Shown in pieces: positions 38,478 to 47,835 of a DNA stretch of 64,000 nt; the stretch's first letter is position 1, and every line of letters starts with the position of its first letter. The DNA lies in contig OZ244060.1 of NCBI GenBank assembly GCA_965215405.1, positions 309,833 to 373,832 of the forward strand, written 5' to 3'. The notes beneath the pieces are model-generated. The model was not told the origin of the DNA. It searched no databases and saw only the letters and a list, made by a program, of their open reading frames with translations. The DNA comes from Nitrospirales bacterium (GTDB lineage: Bacteria; Nitrospirota; Nitrospiria; Nitrospirales; UBA8639). Both the position numbers and the translations under genes were made by a program.

Positions 38478-41075
38478 ATGAACAGTTCTCGATTATTGAA
38501 GTACGTCCTGCCTTGCGGCCTGCTGATCCTGCTGGTTTCACCGGCCGCGGCACAGGAAGCCTCGGATCAGGACAAGGACGTCACGGAACTCAAAGAAGTG
38601 GTGGTAGTCGGATCACGGCTCCCGGGTCGCTCGGTCCAGGATTCGCCTGTGCCGGTTGACGTGCTCACGGGTGACAATTTCAGGACGTACGGCGCCAGAG
38701 ACATGGACTCCCTCCTGTCCGCCACCGTGCCCTCCTACAACGTCAACCAGCAACCCATCAGTGACGCCGCAACGCTGGTACGCCCGGCGAACCTGCGCGG
38801 CCTGCCGCCCGACAACCTCCTGATTCTGATCAACGGCAAACGACGGCATCGTGCGTCCGTCATCACCTTCCTGGGCACCGGTGTTTCGGACGGGGCACAC
38901 GCACCTGATCTGGCCGTGATCCCGGCCATTGCGCTCGACCGCGTGGAAGTGCTGCGCGACGGCGCGTCCGCGCAGTACGGGTCCGACGCCATCGCCGGCG
39001 TGATGAATTTCGTCTTGAAAGACGCTCCCGACAGCGGCAGGGTGGAAACCCGCTGGGGCCAGTTCTACGAGGGAGACGGTGACACGTTCAATATTGCGGG
39101 CAACCTGGGCGTGCCTCTTCCGCTCCCGCTGATCGAGTCGGGGTTTGCCAATTTCAGCTTCGAGTACAAAAATGCCGACCCGACCGACCGCAGCGTTCAG
39201 TACGGCGACGCGCAGGAATTGATTGACGCGGGCAATACCGACGTCCGGCAACCCCACGCCCAGGTCTGGGGCGCGCCGGAGTTTCACTATGACTATAAAC
39301 TCTTCGGTAACCTCGGTCTGCAACTGAGCAAAAGCGTCGAAGTCTATGCCTTCGGCAATTATGCCCAACGCAAAGTGGAAGGAGGGTTTTTTTACCGCAA
39401 CCCCAATGAACGGGGTGGGGTCTTCACGAATCCCAATGATGAGAACAGCCTCCTGGTCGCCGACCTGTCGGAGAATGGCCAGGGCGGCTGCCCTGGCGTG
39501 CCGACGAACGCCGGAGCCGACTACAGCGACGTGGCTCTTCCCGACCACTGCTTCATCTTCAACGAGAAATTCCCGGGCGGATTCACGCCGACGTTCGGGG
39601 GCACGGTGCGCGACTGGAGCGCAGCCGTCGGCATCCGCGGGGACGTCTCTCACGACAACGTCTGGCTCGACAACTGGCACTATGACCTCAGTGCCGTGTT
39701 CGGTCAACACAGTACGGACTTCTTCATGACGAACACCGTCAATCCGCAACTCGCCCGACTGAGAACGGACGTTCCGACGAACTACGACGTCGGTGCCGAC
39801 ACGGAGAGGGACCGCGTGTTCAACCTCGATCTCTCCAGGCGATTGGACACCGACGTATTCCACTCTCCGCTGAACCTTGCCCTTGGCCTGGAATATCGAG
39901 AGGAAGAATTCGAGAGAGAAGCAGGGGAAGAGAATTCCTGGTTTATTGACAAAAGCAAGGAGGGGCTTTTAAAACAGGGCTTCTTAACCGGCTCCAGAGG
40001 ATTTCCCGGCTACCCGCCTAATGTCGTCGCGGATAAGACCGACAGGGGCAGCTACGCCGCCTACTTCGACGTGGAAGCCGACGTGGTCAAAGATCTGCTG
40101 GTCGGCGTGGCGGGCCGGTATGAGGAGTATGAAACCTTCGGAGACACCCTGAACGGCAAGGTGACCACCCGCTGGCAAGCGACGTCCGGCATGGCGCTTC
40201 GCGGCTCGCTCAGCACGGGCTTCCGGGCACCGACCGTGGGACAGGAGAACGTTCGCAACACATCCACCAACATCGAAGACAAACAGCTGGTGGACGAAAT
40301 CACTGTGCCGGCGACCCTTCTAGGCGGCCCACCGCTGAAACCGGAAAAGTCCTTCAACGTCAGCGCGGGCACGGTAGTCAACGTCGGCGCCTTTTCCGTG
40401 ACTATCGACTATTACCGCGTCAAGGTTCAGGACCGTCTCGGGACAACGACACAGAGAACTCTCTCTAAGATAGCGTCAACCTTTGGGGTTGACGAGGAGG
40501 TTCTGAATAAGCGTCTGGAAAATGAAGGCTTCCTAGACGACAATAAGAAGGTGAAATACTTCACCAACCTTTCCGATGCGACCACACAAGGGGTCGACAT
40601 CGTGGCAACGTACCCCATGGAAATGTTCGGAGGGGACACCATCTTTACGTTCGCGGGCAACTGGAATCAAACCCGGTTGACCGAGGTCGATTTGGACATC
40701 ATTCACTCCGAAAAAGTGCGCCAGATCCAAGAGGGTCTGCCGAAGATCCGGTTCTCGCTGACGGCCGACCACGTGCAGGGTCCTTACCGGTTGCTGTCCA
40801 GGCTTTACTACTACGGCGAGTTCGTTGATTATTTCAATGCCGGCGATGGAAGCCCCATCGACGCCGAATCCCGATGGCTCGTGGACCTGGAAGCCTCCTA
40901 CACCTTCAAGTCAGGATTGACCATCGCGTCGGGGGCGCAAAACCTGTTCGACACGTATCCAACCGAAGCTCAGAATGCCGGACTTTGGAGGCAATTCGGC
41001 CGGAAGTACCCCTCGTCTTCTCCCTATGGATTCAACGGGGGATTCTATTACCTGAGAGCCGCATATGCTTTCTAG
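38478..41075 (+). CDS. TonB-dependent outer-membrane receptor
   Basis: Signal peptide, plug domain (VVVVGSRLPGRSVQDSPVPVDVL; RGLPPDNLLILINGKR), long beta-barrel, terminal aromatic residue (…LRAAYAF). Confidence 0.9.
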   Translation: MNSSRLLKYVLPCGLLILLVSPAAAQEASDQDKDVTELKEVVVVGSRLPGRSVQDSPVPVDVLTGDNFRTYGARDMDSLLSATVPSYNVNQQPISDAATLVRPANLRGLPPDNLLILINGKRRHRASVITFLGTGVSDGAHAPDLAVIPAIALDRVEVLRDGASAQYGSDAIAGVMNFVLKDAPDSGRVETRWGQFYEGDGDTFNIAGNLGVPLPLPLIESGFANFSFEYKNADPTDRSVQYGDAQELIDAGNTDVRQPHAQVWGAPEFHYDYKLFGNLGLQLSKSVEVYAFGNYAQRKVEGGFFYRNPNERGGVFTNPNDENSLLVADLSENGQGGCPGVPTNAGADYSDVALPDHCFIFNEKFPGGFTPTFGGTVRDWSAAVGIRGDVSHDNVWLDNWHYDLSAVFGQHSTDFFMTNTVNPQLARLRTDVPTNYDVGADTERDRVFNLDLSRRLDTDVFHSPLNLALGLEYREEEFEREAGEENSWFIDKSKEGLLKQGFLTGSRGFPGYPPNVVADKTDRGSYAAYFDVEADVVKDLLVGVAGRYEEYETFGDTLNGKVTTRWQATSGMALRGSLSTGFRAPTVGQENVRNTSTNIEDKQLVDEITVPATLLGGPPLKPEKSFNVSAGTVVNVGAFSVTIDYYRVKVQDRLGTTTQRTLSKIASTFGVDEEVLNKRLENEGFLDDNKKVKYFTNLSDATTQGVDIVATYPMEMFGGDTIFTFAGNWNQTRLTEVDLDIIHSEKVRQIQEGLPKIRFSLTADHVQGPYRLLSRLYYYGEFVDYFNAGDGSPIDAESRWLVDLEASYTFKSGLTIASGAQNLFDTYPTEAQNAGLWRQFGRKYPSSSPYGFNGGFYYLRAAYAF

Positions 41076-41115
41076 CCCGCGGGCGGTGACGCTCCTGCAA
41101 AGGAAGACCGCTTTC

Positions 41116-42198
41116 ATGACGAACCCCTTAACAAGCAGAGGCGTTATGGTCATACGACTTGCGCAAACCCTGATCATCAGTGTCATGATCCTCATGCTGG
41201 GCCTCGGCCTTCCCCTTACAAGCCGGGCCGACGAAGCCCACGCCTTGTATAACCAGGGCCTGAACCACTTGCATCAGCAAGAGTTCCGGCAAGCGGCCCG
41301 AGCACTGCAAGAAGCCCTGAAGGCGTTTCCCCGTTTTGCGGCCGCCCACCATCTGCTGGGCGTCGTCCTGTTCAACGGGTTACAGCAACCCCAACAGGCC
41401 GTCACTCACCTGAAAAAGGCGGTGGCCCTGCACCCCAATTTCGCTCGGGCGTATCTGGATCTGGGGTTGGTGTATCAACGTCAGAACAAGCTGGAGCCAG
41501 CCAAGGAGGCGACCCGAAAGGCCCTGGAGGTCTATCCGCGCTTCGGCGAGGCGCAACTGAATCTGGCGTTTGTCTACGACCAACTGGGAGAGCAGGAGGA
41601 GGCGGTCAGCGCTTATCTCGCCGCACTCGAACTGAATCCCGGACAAACGACCGCCATGTATAATCTGGCGAACCTCTATGATCTCGCCGGGGACACGACC
41701 AGAGCGAGAGAGCAATTGCAGGCATTGACGAATCTGAAGCCCCGGGACGCCGACGCCTGGCTGCTGCTGGCCCAGTTGGCCGAAAAAGACAATCGCCGGA
41801 CGGAGGCGATTCAGGCGTACCAAACGGCCTTACAAGCAAAACCCGACTTGATCGAAGCGCATTATGCTTTGGGGTTTCTCCTGCAAGATCAGGAACAGGC
41901 CCAACAAGCGATGAACCATTTCCAGGAGGTGATTCGCCTCAACCCGAAGCACGCCGAAGCCCACCTCAACCTGGGCGTGCTGTTTGCGAACGTCGACAAA
42001 CTCGACCAGGCAGAGCAAGCCTATCAGGCAGCCTTGTCCTTGAACCCGAACCTGATCGAAGGGCATTACAATCTGGGAGTCTTTTATGAGTTTCATCGCA
42101 AAGATACGAAGCGCGCTCTCGCCCAATACCGTAAATACGTCGAGCTTGGCGGGAAAGACGAACGGATTCGAAACCTGCTCAAGAAAACCGGCTCATGA
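41116..42198 (+). CDS. Tetratricopeptide-repeat protein with N-terminal membrane anchor/signal
   Basis: Successive 34-aa units (AHHLLGVVLF, ARAYLDLGLVY, GEAQLNLAFVY, TTAMYNLANLY, IEAHYALGFLL, AEAHLNLGVLF, IEGHYNLGVFY). The ATG at 41116 avoids overlap with the receptor gene. Confidence 0.8.
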   Translation: MTNPLTSRGVMVIRLAQTLIISVMILMLGLGLPLTSRADEAHALYNQGLNHLHQQEFRQAARALQEALKAFPRFAAAHHLLGVVLFNGLQQPQQAVTHLKKAVALHPNFARAYLDLGLVYQRQNKLEPAKEATRKALEVYPRFGEAQLNLAFVYDQLGEQEEAVSAYLAALELNPGQTTAMYNLANLYDLAGDTTRAREQLQALTNLKPRDADAWLLLAQLAEKDNRRTEAIQAYQTALQAKPDLIEAHYALGFLLQDQEQAQQAMNHFQEVIRLNPKHAEAHLNLGVLFANVDKLDQAEQAYQAALSLNPNLIEGHYNLGVFYEFHRKDTKRALAQYRKYVELGGKDERIRNLLKKTGS

Positions 42199-43097
42199 CG
42201 AACAGCGACTCCTTGAGCGTGCCTTACCCCGAACCGTCTTTTCTGCTGTTCGGGACGTGGTCCATCCTGTTCCACGTGGGTGCCGTCGCGCTCTTGAGTT
42301 TCCTGCACTTCTCTCACAGCGTTGAAAAACCCAAGCCTCTGGTCAGGGTCACCCTCGTTGAACCCCAGGCGCCAACGCCGCCGAGGGAAGCGGAACCTCA
42401 AGCCGTGCCTCCCATGCACCAAACCCAACGACGGCCGCAGCCCGTCCAACCGCAACAGATCATGCCGCCGCCGCGGCTTCGCGTTCCTGCAGAACCGACC
42501 CTGCCAGCCAAGGTCATGCCCCAACGGCCGCAACGCCAAGCCCCGCAACCGTTAAAGCGACGCGTCCTTCAAGATGAACGCGCCGGCGACGTCTTAAGAT
42601 TGAAAAATTTCACGAAAGTGGCCCGCGGCAACCGCCCCCCGACGCGAGCCAGAACCGGCGTTCACAATCCATCGATGACCATCCCTGCCCTTTCTACTCT
42701 CGCTGCCCTGGAGGGAGTCTCGACCAAAGTCCAGCCGCCGGCTTCCCCGTCACGCGTCGCTTCAGCCTCCACGACAAAAACGTTGCGTTCCGTCCCGACG
42801 TCCAAAGGGCCTTCGAAGACGGGCGTTGGTCTAAAACGACAAATTCCTCCCGTCTATCCAAGAATCGCCAAGGAAGAAAGCTGGGAGGGGACGGTCGTCC
42901 TTCGCGTGGCCGTTCAGCCGAACGGCAGGCCGGAGGTGCCGATCACCGTGCAACGGAGCAGCGGGCATCAGGTTTTAGATGACGCCGCAATCGCCGCGGT
43001 CACACGATGGACCTTTCACCCTGAAAAAGACGGCAATATCCCGATTCGCAGCATCGTGGAAATCCCGATCAAGTTTGCGTTAACCAAACAAGGATAA
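42195..43097 (+). CDS. tonB: Energy transducer TonB
   Basis: N-terminal anchor, Pro-rich spacer (EPQAPTPPREAEPQAVPP…), C-terminal TonB_C (PPVYPRIAKEESWEGTVVLRVAVQPNG…). Confidence 0.85.
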   Translation: MTNSDSLSVPYPEPSFLLFGTWSILFHVGAVALLSFLHFSHSVEKPKPLVRVTLVEPQAPTPPREAEPQAVPPMHQTQRRPQPVQPQQIMPPPRLRVPAEPTLPAKVMPQRPQRQAPQPLKRRVLQDERAGDVLRLKNFTKVARGNRPPTRARTGVHNPSMTIPALSTLAALEGVSTKVQPPASPSRVASASTTKTLRSVPTSKGPSKTGVGLKRQIPPVYPRIAKEESWEGTVVLRVAVQPNGRPEVPITVQRSSGHQVLDDAAIAAVTRWTFHPEKDGNIPIRSIVEIPIKFALTKQG

Positions 43098-43124
43098 TCC
43101 TTCTCCAACCAAGGACACGTTCTC

Positions 43125-43751
43125 ATGATTGACACGTCACTGGCTTTTGTCGAAATCCTCATCGCCGGAGGATGGCTGATCATTCCCATTCTCGTCTGTT
43201 CCGTCGTGGCTCTTGCCGTCACTCTGGAACGGGGATGGTATTTTTATCGCCTGCCCGCTCTCGAGCAGGCCGATCAGATGATCACGCTCACCACGCAGGG
43301 GAAATTCCCCGACGCCTTGTCGCTGACCGAAGGCAATCCTCATCCGGTCCTTCGAGTCCTGGGGGCTGGCATCCTTGCCCGCGCCTCCATGCCGGAGAAA
43401 GCCATGGAATCCGCCGGCATCGTCGAAGTCCGTCATATGAAACGGGGTCTGCCCGCTTTGGATACCATCATCACACTGGCCCCTTTATTGGGCCTGTTAG
43501 GCACGATCGTCGGCATGATCGATTCCTTCGGCATCATGGCCATTCAGGGGATCGGTCAACCTCACGCCGTCACGGGTGGCGTCGCCGAGGCGTTAATATG
43601 CACGGCCGCCGGCATTTTCGTTGCCGTGATGACCCTTCTCCCCTACAACTATTTCCTGAGTCGCACGGAACGCCTGACCGAACACATTGAACACTATGCC
43701 ACGCTCAACGAACGCGCCTTACAGGAAGCAGCCGCACGGGTGTCCTCATGA
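43125..43751 (+). CDS. exbB: MotA/TolQ/ExbB proton-channel protein
   Basis: 208 aa; …LDTIITLAPLLGLLGTIVGMIDSF… is the family signature. Confidence 0.9.
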   Translation: MIDTSLAFVEILIAGGWLIIPILVCSVVALAVTLERGWYFYRLPALEQADQMITLTTQGKFPDALSLTEGNPHPVLRVLGAGILARASMPEKAMESAGIVEVRHMKRGLPALDTIITLAPLLGLLGTIVGMIDSFGIMAIQGIGQPHAVTGGVAEALICTAAGIFVAVMTLLPYNYFLSRTERLTEHIEHYATLNERALQEAAARVSS

Positions 43752-44161
43752 AACTTTCTTCCGAGGTCAAGAAAAAAGCCCGCATTGAAATTATTCCCAT
43801 GATCGACACCATGTTTTTTCTGCTGGTGTTTTTCATGATCGCCACGCTTTCCATGACGTTGCAAAAAGGCATGCCCGTCAACCTGCCGGAAGCGGGTTCC
43901 TCGACGGATGACCTTCCCGAACAAGTCACCCTCACGATCTCCCATACAGGCGACTTGTTTTTTAATAAAGACGCCATAACGATCCCGGAGCTTGAGCCGC
44001 GGCTGCAGGATCTCCTGTACTACGGGGAAGAACCCGCGGTGGTCATCAACGCCGATGAAGCCGTCTCGCATGGTCGCGTGATCGAAGTCATGGATTCCGT
44101 GAGAAAATCCGGCATTTTCAACATGGCCATTGCAACCAAGCCGGACAAGTCCACGTCGTAG
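43748..44161 (+). CDS. exbD: ExbD/TolR biopolymer transport protein
   Basis: 137 aa; IEIIPMIDTMFFLLVFFMI anchor plus periplasmic domain. 4-nt overlap with exbB. Confidence 0.9.
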   Translation: MKLSSEVKKKARIEIIPMIDTMFFLLVFFMIATLSMTLQKGMPVNLPEAGSSTDDLPEQVTLTISHTGDLFFNKDAITIPELEPRLQDLLYYGEEPAVVINADEAVSHGRVIEVMDSVRKSGIFNMAIATKPDKSTS

Positions 44162-44253
44162 GAATCGACTCGGCGGCTGAACGCAACGACCTGCCACCCT
44201 GCCTCTCCTCCGAGCATCACGACCGGACGTCTCCCCTCGACGGCCGCCTTCTC

Positions 44254-44294
44254 AATAAAAAGCCCTGCCTTTCCTTCCGACGGAAAGGCAGGGC
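44254..44294 (-). terminator. Rho-independent terminator (minus-strand sense) after the receptor fragment
   Basis: Perfect 13-bp stem GCCCTGCCTTTCC / GGAAAGGCAGGGC with a 7-nt loop, followed on the minus strand by TTTTTATT. Confidence 0.6.
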
Positions 44295-44350
44295 GACTCA
44301 AGAGAGGCACTTCGAGCAGACTGACAGATGGAGACCCTGGTCTTCCCCTC

Positions 44351-44554
44351 CTAAAATTTCATCGTGTACCCGAGCGACAATCTGCGGCCCGGCCCCTGCA
44401 CGTTGGAGTTATGCACGAACCCAAGACCAAAGGGCAGCATCTCCAGGTTCTTGGAATACGGCAACGCCGTCTGGTTTTCGGTGAATATTATAATTTCAAC
44501 CAGGATGGAGAGTTTGTTCAGACCGTCGGCATGACCGACGGGAAGATCGGCCAA
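44351..44554 (-). pseudogene. C-terminal fragment of a TonB-dependent receptor
   Basis: Ends …FVHNSNVQGPGRRLSLGYTMKF*, a typical last beta-strand with terminal Phe. No plug or barrel lies upstream. Confidence 0.6.
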
Positions 44555-45064
44555 CAGATCGTTGCTTCAGTTTATCCCGTCCATTTCGGATCATTCGGCG
44601 GTCTTCCGGTAAAAGCCGCTTATGCGCTTTTCGGCGTGGTCCTCGGTTACGTTATTTCCTCGGGATTCAATATCTACCTTCTCAAACAGCGTGGAAAGGG
44701 GAACCGTGCGCCGCGCCTCGAAGCGGCCTGGTCAGGCGTGACGCGGGGGACACCGTTCGCGCTTTCTCTCGCCCTGCTCGTCAGCGTGACGGGCACCATA
44801 TCCGCCTCCGCACTGCCCACGGTCTTCTGGCTCAGCCTCGGTCTCGCACTGTTTATTGCCGTCACGGCTCCGACATGGAAATTGCCGGGGCAATGGTTAC
44901 GCGGGGGGACGGGTGTCGTCCTGCTCATTACCACGTTTGCCCACTTACATGCTTACAAGGACAACTTTACGTCGCCGGCGGCAACGGGTACGACGATCGT
45001 TTGTATCGTTATCGCGTTGGCGTTTCTGATTCCATTGATCAAAGTACCTTTGACGTCAAGATAG
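44411..45064 (+). pseudogene. C-terminal part of a PepSY-associated TM-helix (PiuB-like) membrane protein; N-terminal half missing
   Basis: …VYPVHFGSFGGLPVKAAYALFGVVLGYVISSGFNIYLLKQR… plus further TM helices. Similarity starts only near ~44480 and overlaps the receptor fragment head-to-head. Confidence 0.5.
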
Positions 45065-45288
45065 ACAACGTCTGCTGAGCGAACACGTCGACAACAGACG
45101 CAAAGGCCCTTCGGGAAACCGGATCTTACCACGGGGTCACGTCCGGCTTTTGTTTTTTCCCGTTGCGTTGAAGATCGTTGTGGCCGTCAACGAGACACGA
45201 TCTTCGTTCTTTCAGGGCTTGAGAAAAGACAGCGGGGGGAGTAGGCTTACTTATGTGGATCAGGGACTCTGTTCGGGAGCACGTTCCC

Positions 45289-45873
45289 ATGAAGAGCAAA
45301 TCATCCATGTCCCGTTTCGGATTGTTCCCTGTCGCGTTCTTATTACTGCCGGCCTGTGCGGGACAGTCGACGTTTCCGTCGGATCTCGAAAAGCAGATTG
45401 ACCCAGCGCTTTCTTTTGCCCAGGTCAAAGAAGCGCCGACGACTCATTTGGGAAAGGTCCTTGTCCTGAGTGGTGAAGTCCTGGACGCCACGCGTCTCAA
45501 AGAGCACACCCGCCTGACCGTCCTGCAGCTTCCGACTTCACGAAATCATGAACCGGCCATGGACCGCACGCAATCCCAGGGACGCTTTCTGGCGTTTCAA
45601 ACCGAGTTTCTGGATCCGGCCACGGTGCCGAGTGGCACCCGAATCACGATCGTCGGGAAAGTTTCGGGAGCCGTCACCGAGTTGATTGACGAAATGGAAT
45701 ATACGTATCCGACGGTCACCATCCAATTCCTGAAGGTTTGGCCTGAAGGCATGCCACTGCCTCCCAGGTTTGGGCGCTACGGCTTCCCTCCCTATTCTTA
45801 TGGGTGGTACGCCGGTTCTTATTGGGGGCCATACTGGTGGGCACACCGGCCGTTCCGATTTGCCTATTGGTAA
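45289..45873 (+). CDS. Slp-family outer-membrane lipoprotein
   Basis: Lipobox FLLLPAC at ATG 45289. Core …GKVLVLSGEVLDATRLKEHTRLTVLQLP…GRFLAFQTEFLDPA…ITIVGKV… resembles Slp. Confidence 0.6.
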   Translation: MKSKSSMSRFGLFPVAFLLLPACAGQSTFPSDLEKQIDPALSFAQVKEAPTTHLGKVLVLSGEVLDATRLKEHTRLTVLQLPTSRNHEPAMDRTQSQGRFLAFQTEFLDPATVPSGTRITIVGKVSGAVTELIDEMEYTYPTVTIQFLKVWPEGMPLPPRFGRYGFPPYSYGWYAGSYWGPYWWAHRPFRFAYW

Positions 45874-46015
45874 AAAAGTTCTCGCTGTCCGGGCACCGAA
45901 TGTTCCGGCATTCGCTATATTATTCGCCAGACTGATTGTTGCCAGTTCGTCCACCCACCGGTGGACGAAGAACGTCGTGACCATTCAATTCAAACTTCAA
46001 CGGCGAGGTTTCATC

Positions 46016-46408
46016 ATGAACCTTTTCTTGAGATTGATTCTTTGTACTTCTTTCATCTCGTTTTTAACCGTGATGGGGTTCGGCATTGGGACGGCCGTTG
46101 CCGGCGGCCCGGCGGCGCTCATGACCGCCGCTGACTCCAAAGCCCACGCCGCGAACAATGAAGGCATCGAACATTACAACCAGGAACATTGGGACGTGGC
46201 TCTCGGTCACTTTATGAAAGCGGTCGAGGCCGATCCGGCGTCGGCGGAAGCGCACTACAACCTTGCGCTCGCGTTGGACAAGACGGACAAGCACAAGGAG
46301 GCAGCCATGGAGTTCAAAAAGGCTCAAGACCTCGGCAAAGACAATCCCGAGATTCAGAATTCAAAGATCCTGTTGGGCCACGTCAAAATGCTCAATGGAG
46401 GCACGTGA
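46016..46408 (+). CDS. Small exported TPR-like protein
   Basis: ATG 46016: MNLFLRLILCTSFISFLTVMGFG signal, then WDVALGHFMKAVEADPASAEAHYNLALALDKTDKHKEAAMEFKKAQDL. Confidence 0.6.
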   Translation: MNLFLRLILCTSFISFLTVMGFGIGTAVAGGPAALMTAADSKAHAANNEGIEHYNQEHWDVALGHFMKAVEADPASAEAHYNLALALDKTDKHKEAAMEFKKAQDLGKDNPEIQNSKILLGHVKMLNGGT

Positions 46409-46544
46409 CGTCCGGCTTTTTTGTCGCCGGCAAACGGATCATGACAAGCGGCAGGCTCTCCTGCCCGCTTGCCGAAGCCTCACTCCGCTACCCGGCAACA
46501 AGAGACTCGACTTCGAGTTCCTTCCTGCGCTTCTCGGCGCGCCA

Positions 46545-46785
46545 TCAGTTATAACCGGATTGCATCTTCATCCACAGATCTGCACTGGTCCCGAACCCAA
46601 TGGAAAGCCTCACTGCCGTCTCCGGCCACCCCGGTGTGCTCGTGAACAGGCTCGGACAGCGCCTTGCGAGAAACACCGAGATTTTTGGCCGTCCGGGTAG
46701 AGTAAACGTCCAAAACAACAAAGGCACGGCGAAAGTCTATCAAGTGCGGCAAATTCTCAAAGCGATTGAGAAACCGGAGGCTCAA
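46545..46785 (-). pseudogene. higA: HigA-like HTH (XRE) antitoxin gene split by a frameshift
   Basis: Frame 1: …TAKNLGVSRKALSEPVHEHTGV. Frame 2 continues: PETAVRLSIGFGTSADLWMKMQSGYN*. Together these form a typical HigA helix-turn-helix. The junction is near 46630. No toxin partner. Confidence 0.55.
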
Positions 46786-47115
46786 CGTGAACGTGACTGA
46801 TCAATACACCTATCGGATTACCTGGTCACCGGACGACGGCGAGCACCTAGGGCTCTGTGTAGAGTTTCCCTCGCCGAGCCGGTTGGCCCCGATTCCCGCT
46901 AAGGCCTTGTCGGGGATTCAACGACTCGTGCGCAGCGTCCTTGCGGACGTGCAGGCCAACGGCGAAACTCCGCCGGAGCCACTTGCGACCGTGGGTACAG
47001 CGGCAAGTTCGTGGTGCGGGTGCCACCCGAAACGCACCGTGGGCTTGCGATACAGGCCGCAGAAGCCGGCGTCAGCCTGAATCGGCTGGTGAGCGCGAGA
47101 CTGGAAAAATCCTGA
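46766..47115 (+). pseudogene. hicB: HicB-family antitoxin gene split by a frameshift
   Basis: YTYRITWSPDDGEHLGLCVEFPS…ANGETPPEPLA, then after a 1-nt shift near 46988, (D)RGYSGKFVVRVPPETHRGLAIQAAEAGVSLNRLVSARLEKS* (RHH tail). No hicA seen. Confidence 0.65.
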
Positions 47116-47569
47116 TTCGTGCTGGAACCCGTGGGCATGGCAGGTAAAGTGAGAAGCTGTTGATCCTCCCCAGGTTTGACCACGGGCAAGACGCCGGAGG
47201 GAGGACCCCCCCCATTGAAATCTATAAGTTTACCGCACGTTTTCCGATGTATCTTCCGTGAGATCCTCACGCTATCGCACGGCCCCAACGTCCAACTGCC
47301 GAACGATCAAGAGCAACCGTTGACAGTTCATCGCTTGTTCTTTGTCGGGATCCTCCTTGAAGAAATTAAAAATCCCGAGTTGCAGGGTGGTGTCTTTCAA
47401 CGTGCACCTGAACCCTGACCAGAACCATTCCGGGCCGGATCACCTCCGTCCACGTCGCGTAATCATTGGCCCTTCTTTGCCTGGCACGGCAGAGAATAGT
47501 GGCCACCTTCGGGTCCACCCTTTTTTCACGTCAATTTTCAGATAATTTATAACGTAAATAAATAAAAAT

Positions 47570-47645
47570 TGGTGGGTCGTACAGGGATCGAACCTGTGGC
47601 CCGCTGATTAAGAGTCAGCTGCTCTACCAGCTGAGCTAACGACCC
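47570..47645 (-). tRNA. tRNA-Lys (anticodon CUU), CCA encoded
   Basis: GGGTCGTTAGCTCAGCTGGTAGAGCAGCTGACTCTTAATCAGCGGGCCACAGGTTCGATCCCTGTACGACCCACCA folds as a cloverleaf with anticodon loop CTCTTAA. Confidence 0.95.
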
Positions 47646-47670
47646 ACTCAAGAGGCGGAGAGGTCTGTTA

Positions 47671-47746
47671 TGGCGCGCCTGGCAGGATTTGAACCTGCGG
47701 CACCTGGCTCCGGAGGCCAGTGCTCTATCCACTGAGCTACAGGCGC
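47671..47746 (-). tRNA. tRNA-Arg (anticodon CCG), CCA encoded
   Basis: GCGCCTGTAGCTCAGTGGATAGAGCACTGGCCTCCGGAGCCAGGTGCCGCAGGTTCAAATCCTGCCAGGCGCGCCA; anticodon loop CTCCGGA. Confidence 0.95.
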
Positions 47747-47835
47747 TTCCCGATTTCGCTCCAATACAACGCTGCAACGCGTGACGCTAGCATCTTTGAA
47801 CGGTGCGTGTCCAGAGCGTCAGAGGGCTGACGCGT

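Noticed and set aside
47100-47570. Integrase gene or att repeat next to tRNA-Lys.
   Set aside because: No long ORF with recombinase motifs in any frame, and no visible duplicate of the tRNA 3' end. Only short unassignable ORFs.
47570-47645. A link between tRNA-Lys in this window and the PARIS-like module (characterised AriB cleaves a lysine tRNA).
   Set aside because: The tRNA lies 40 kb away in a housekeeping context, so this is most likely coincidence.
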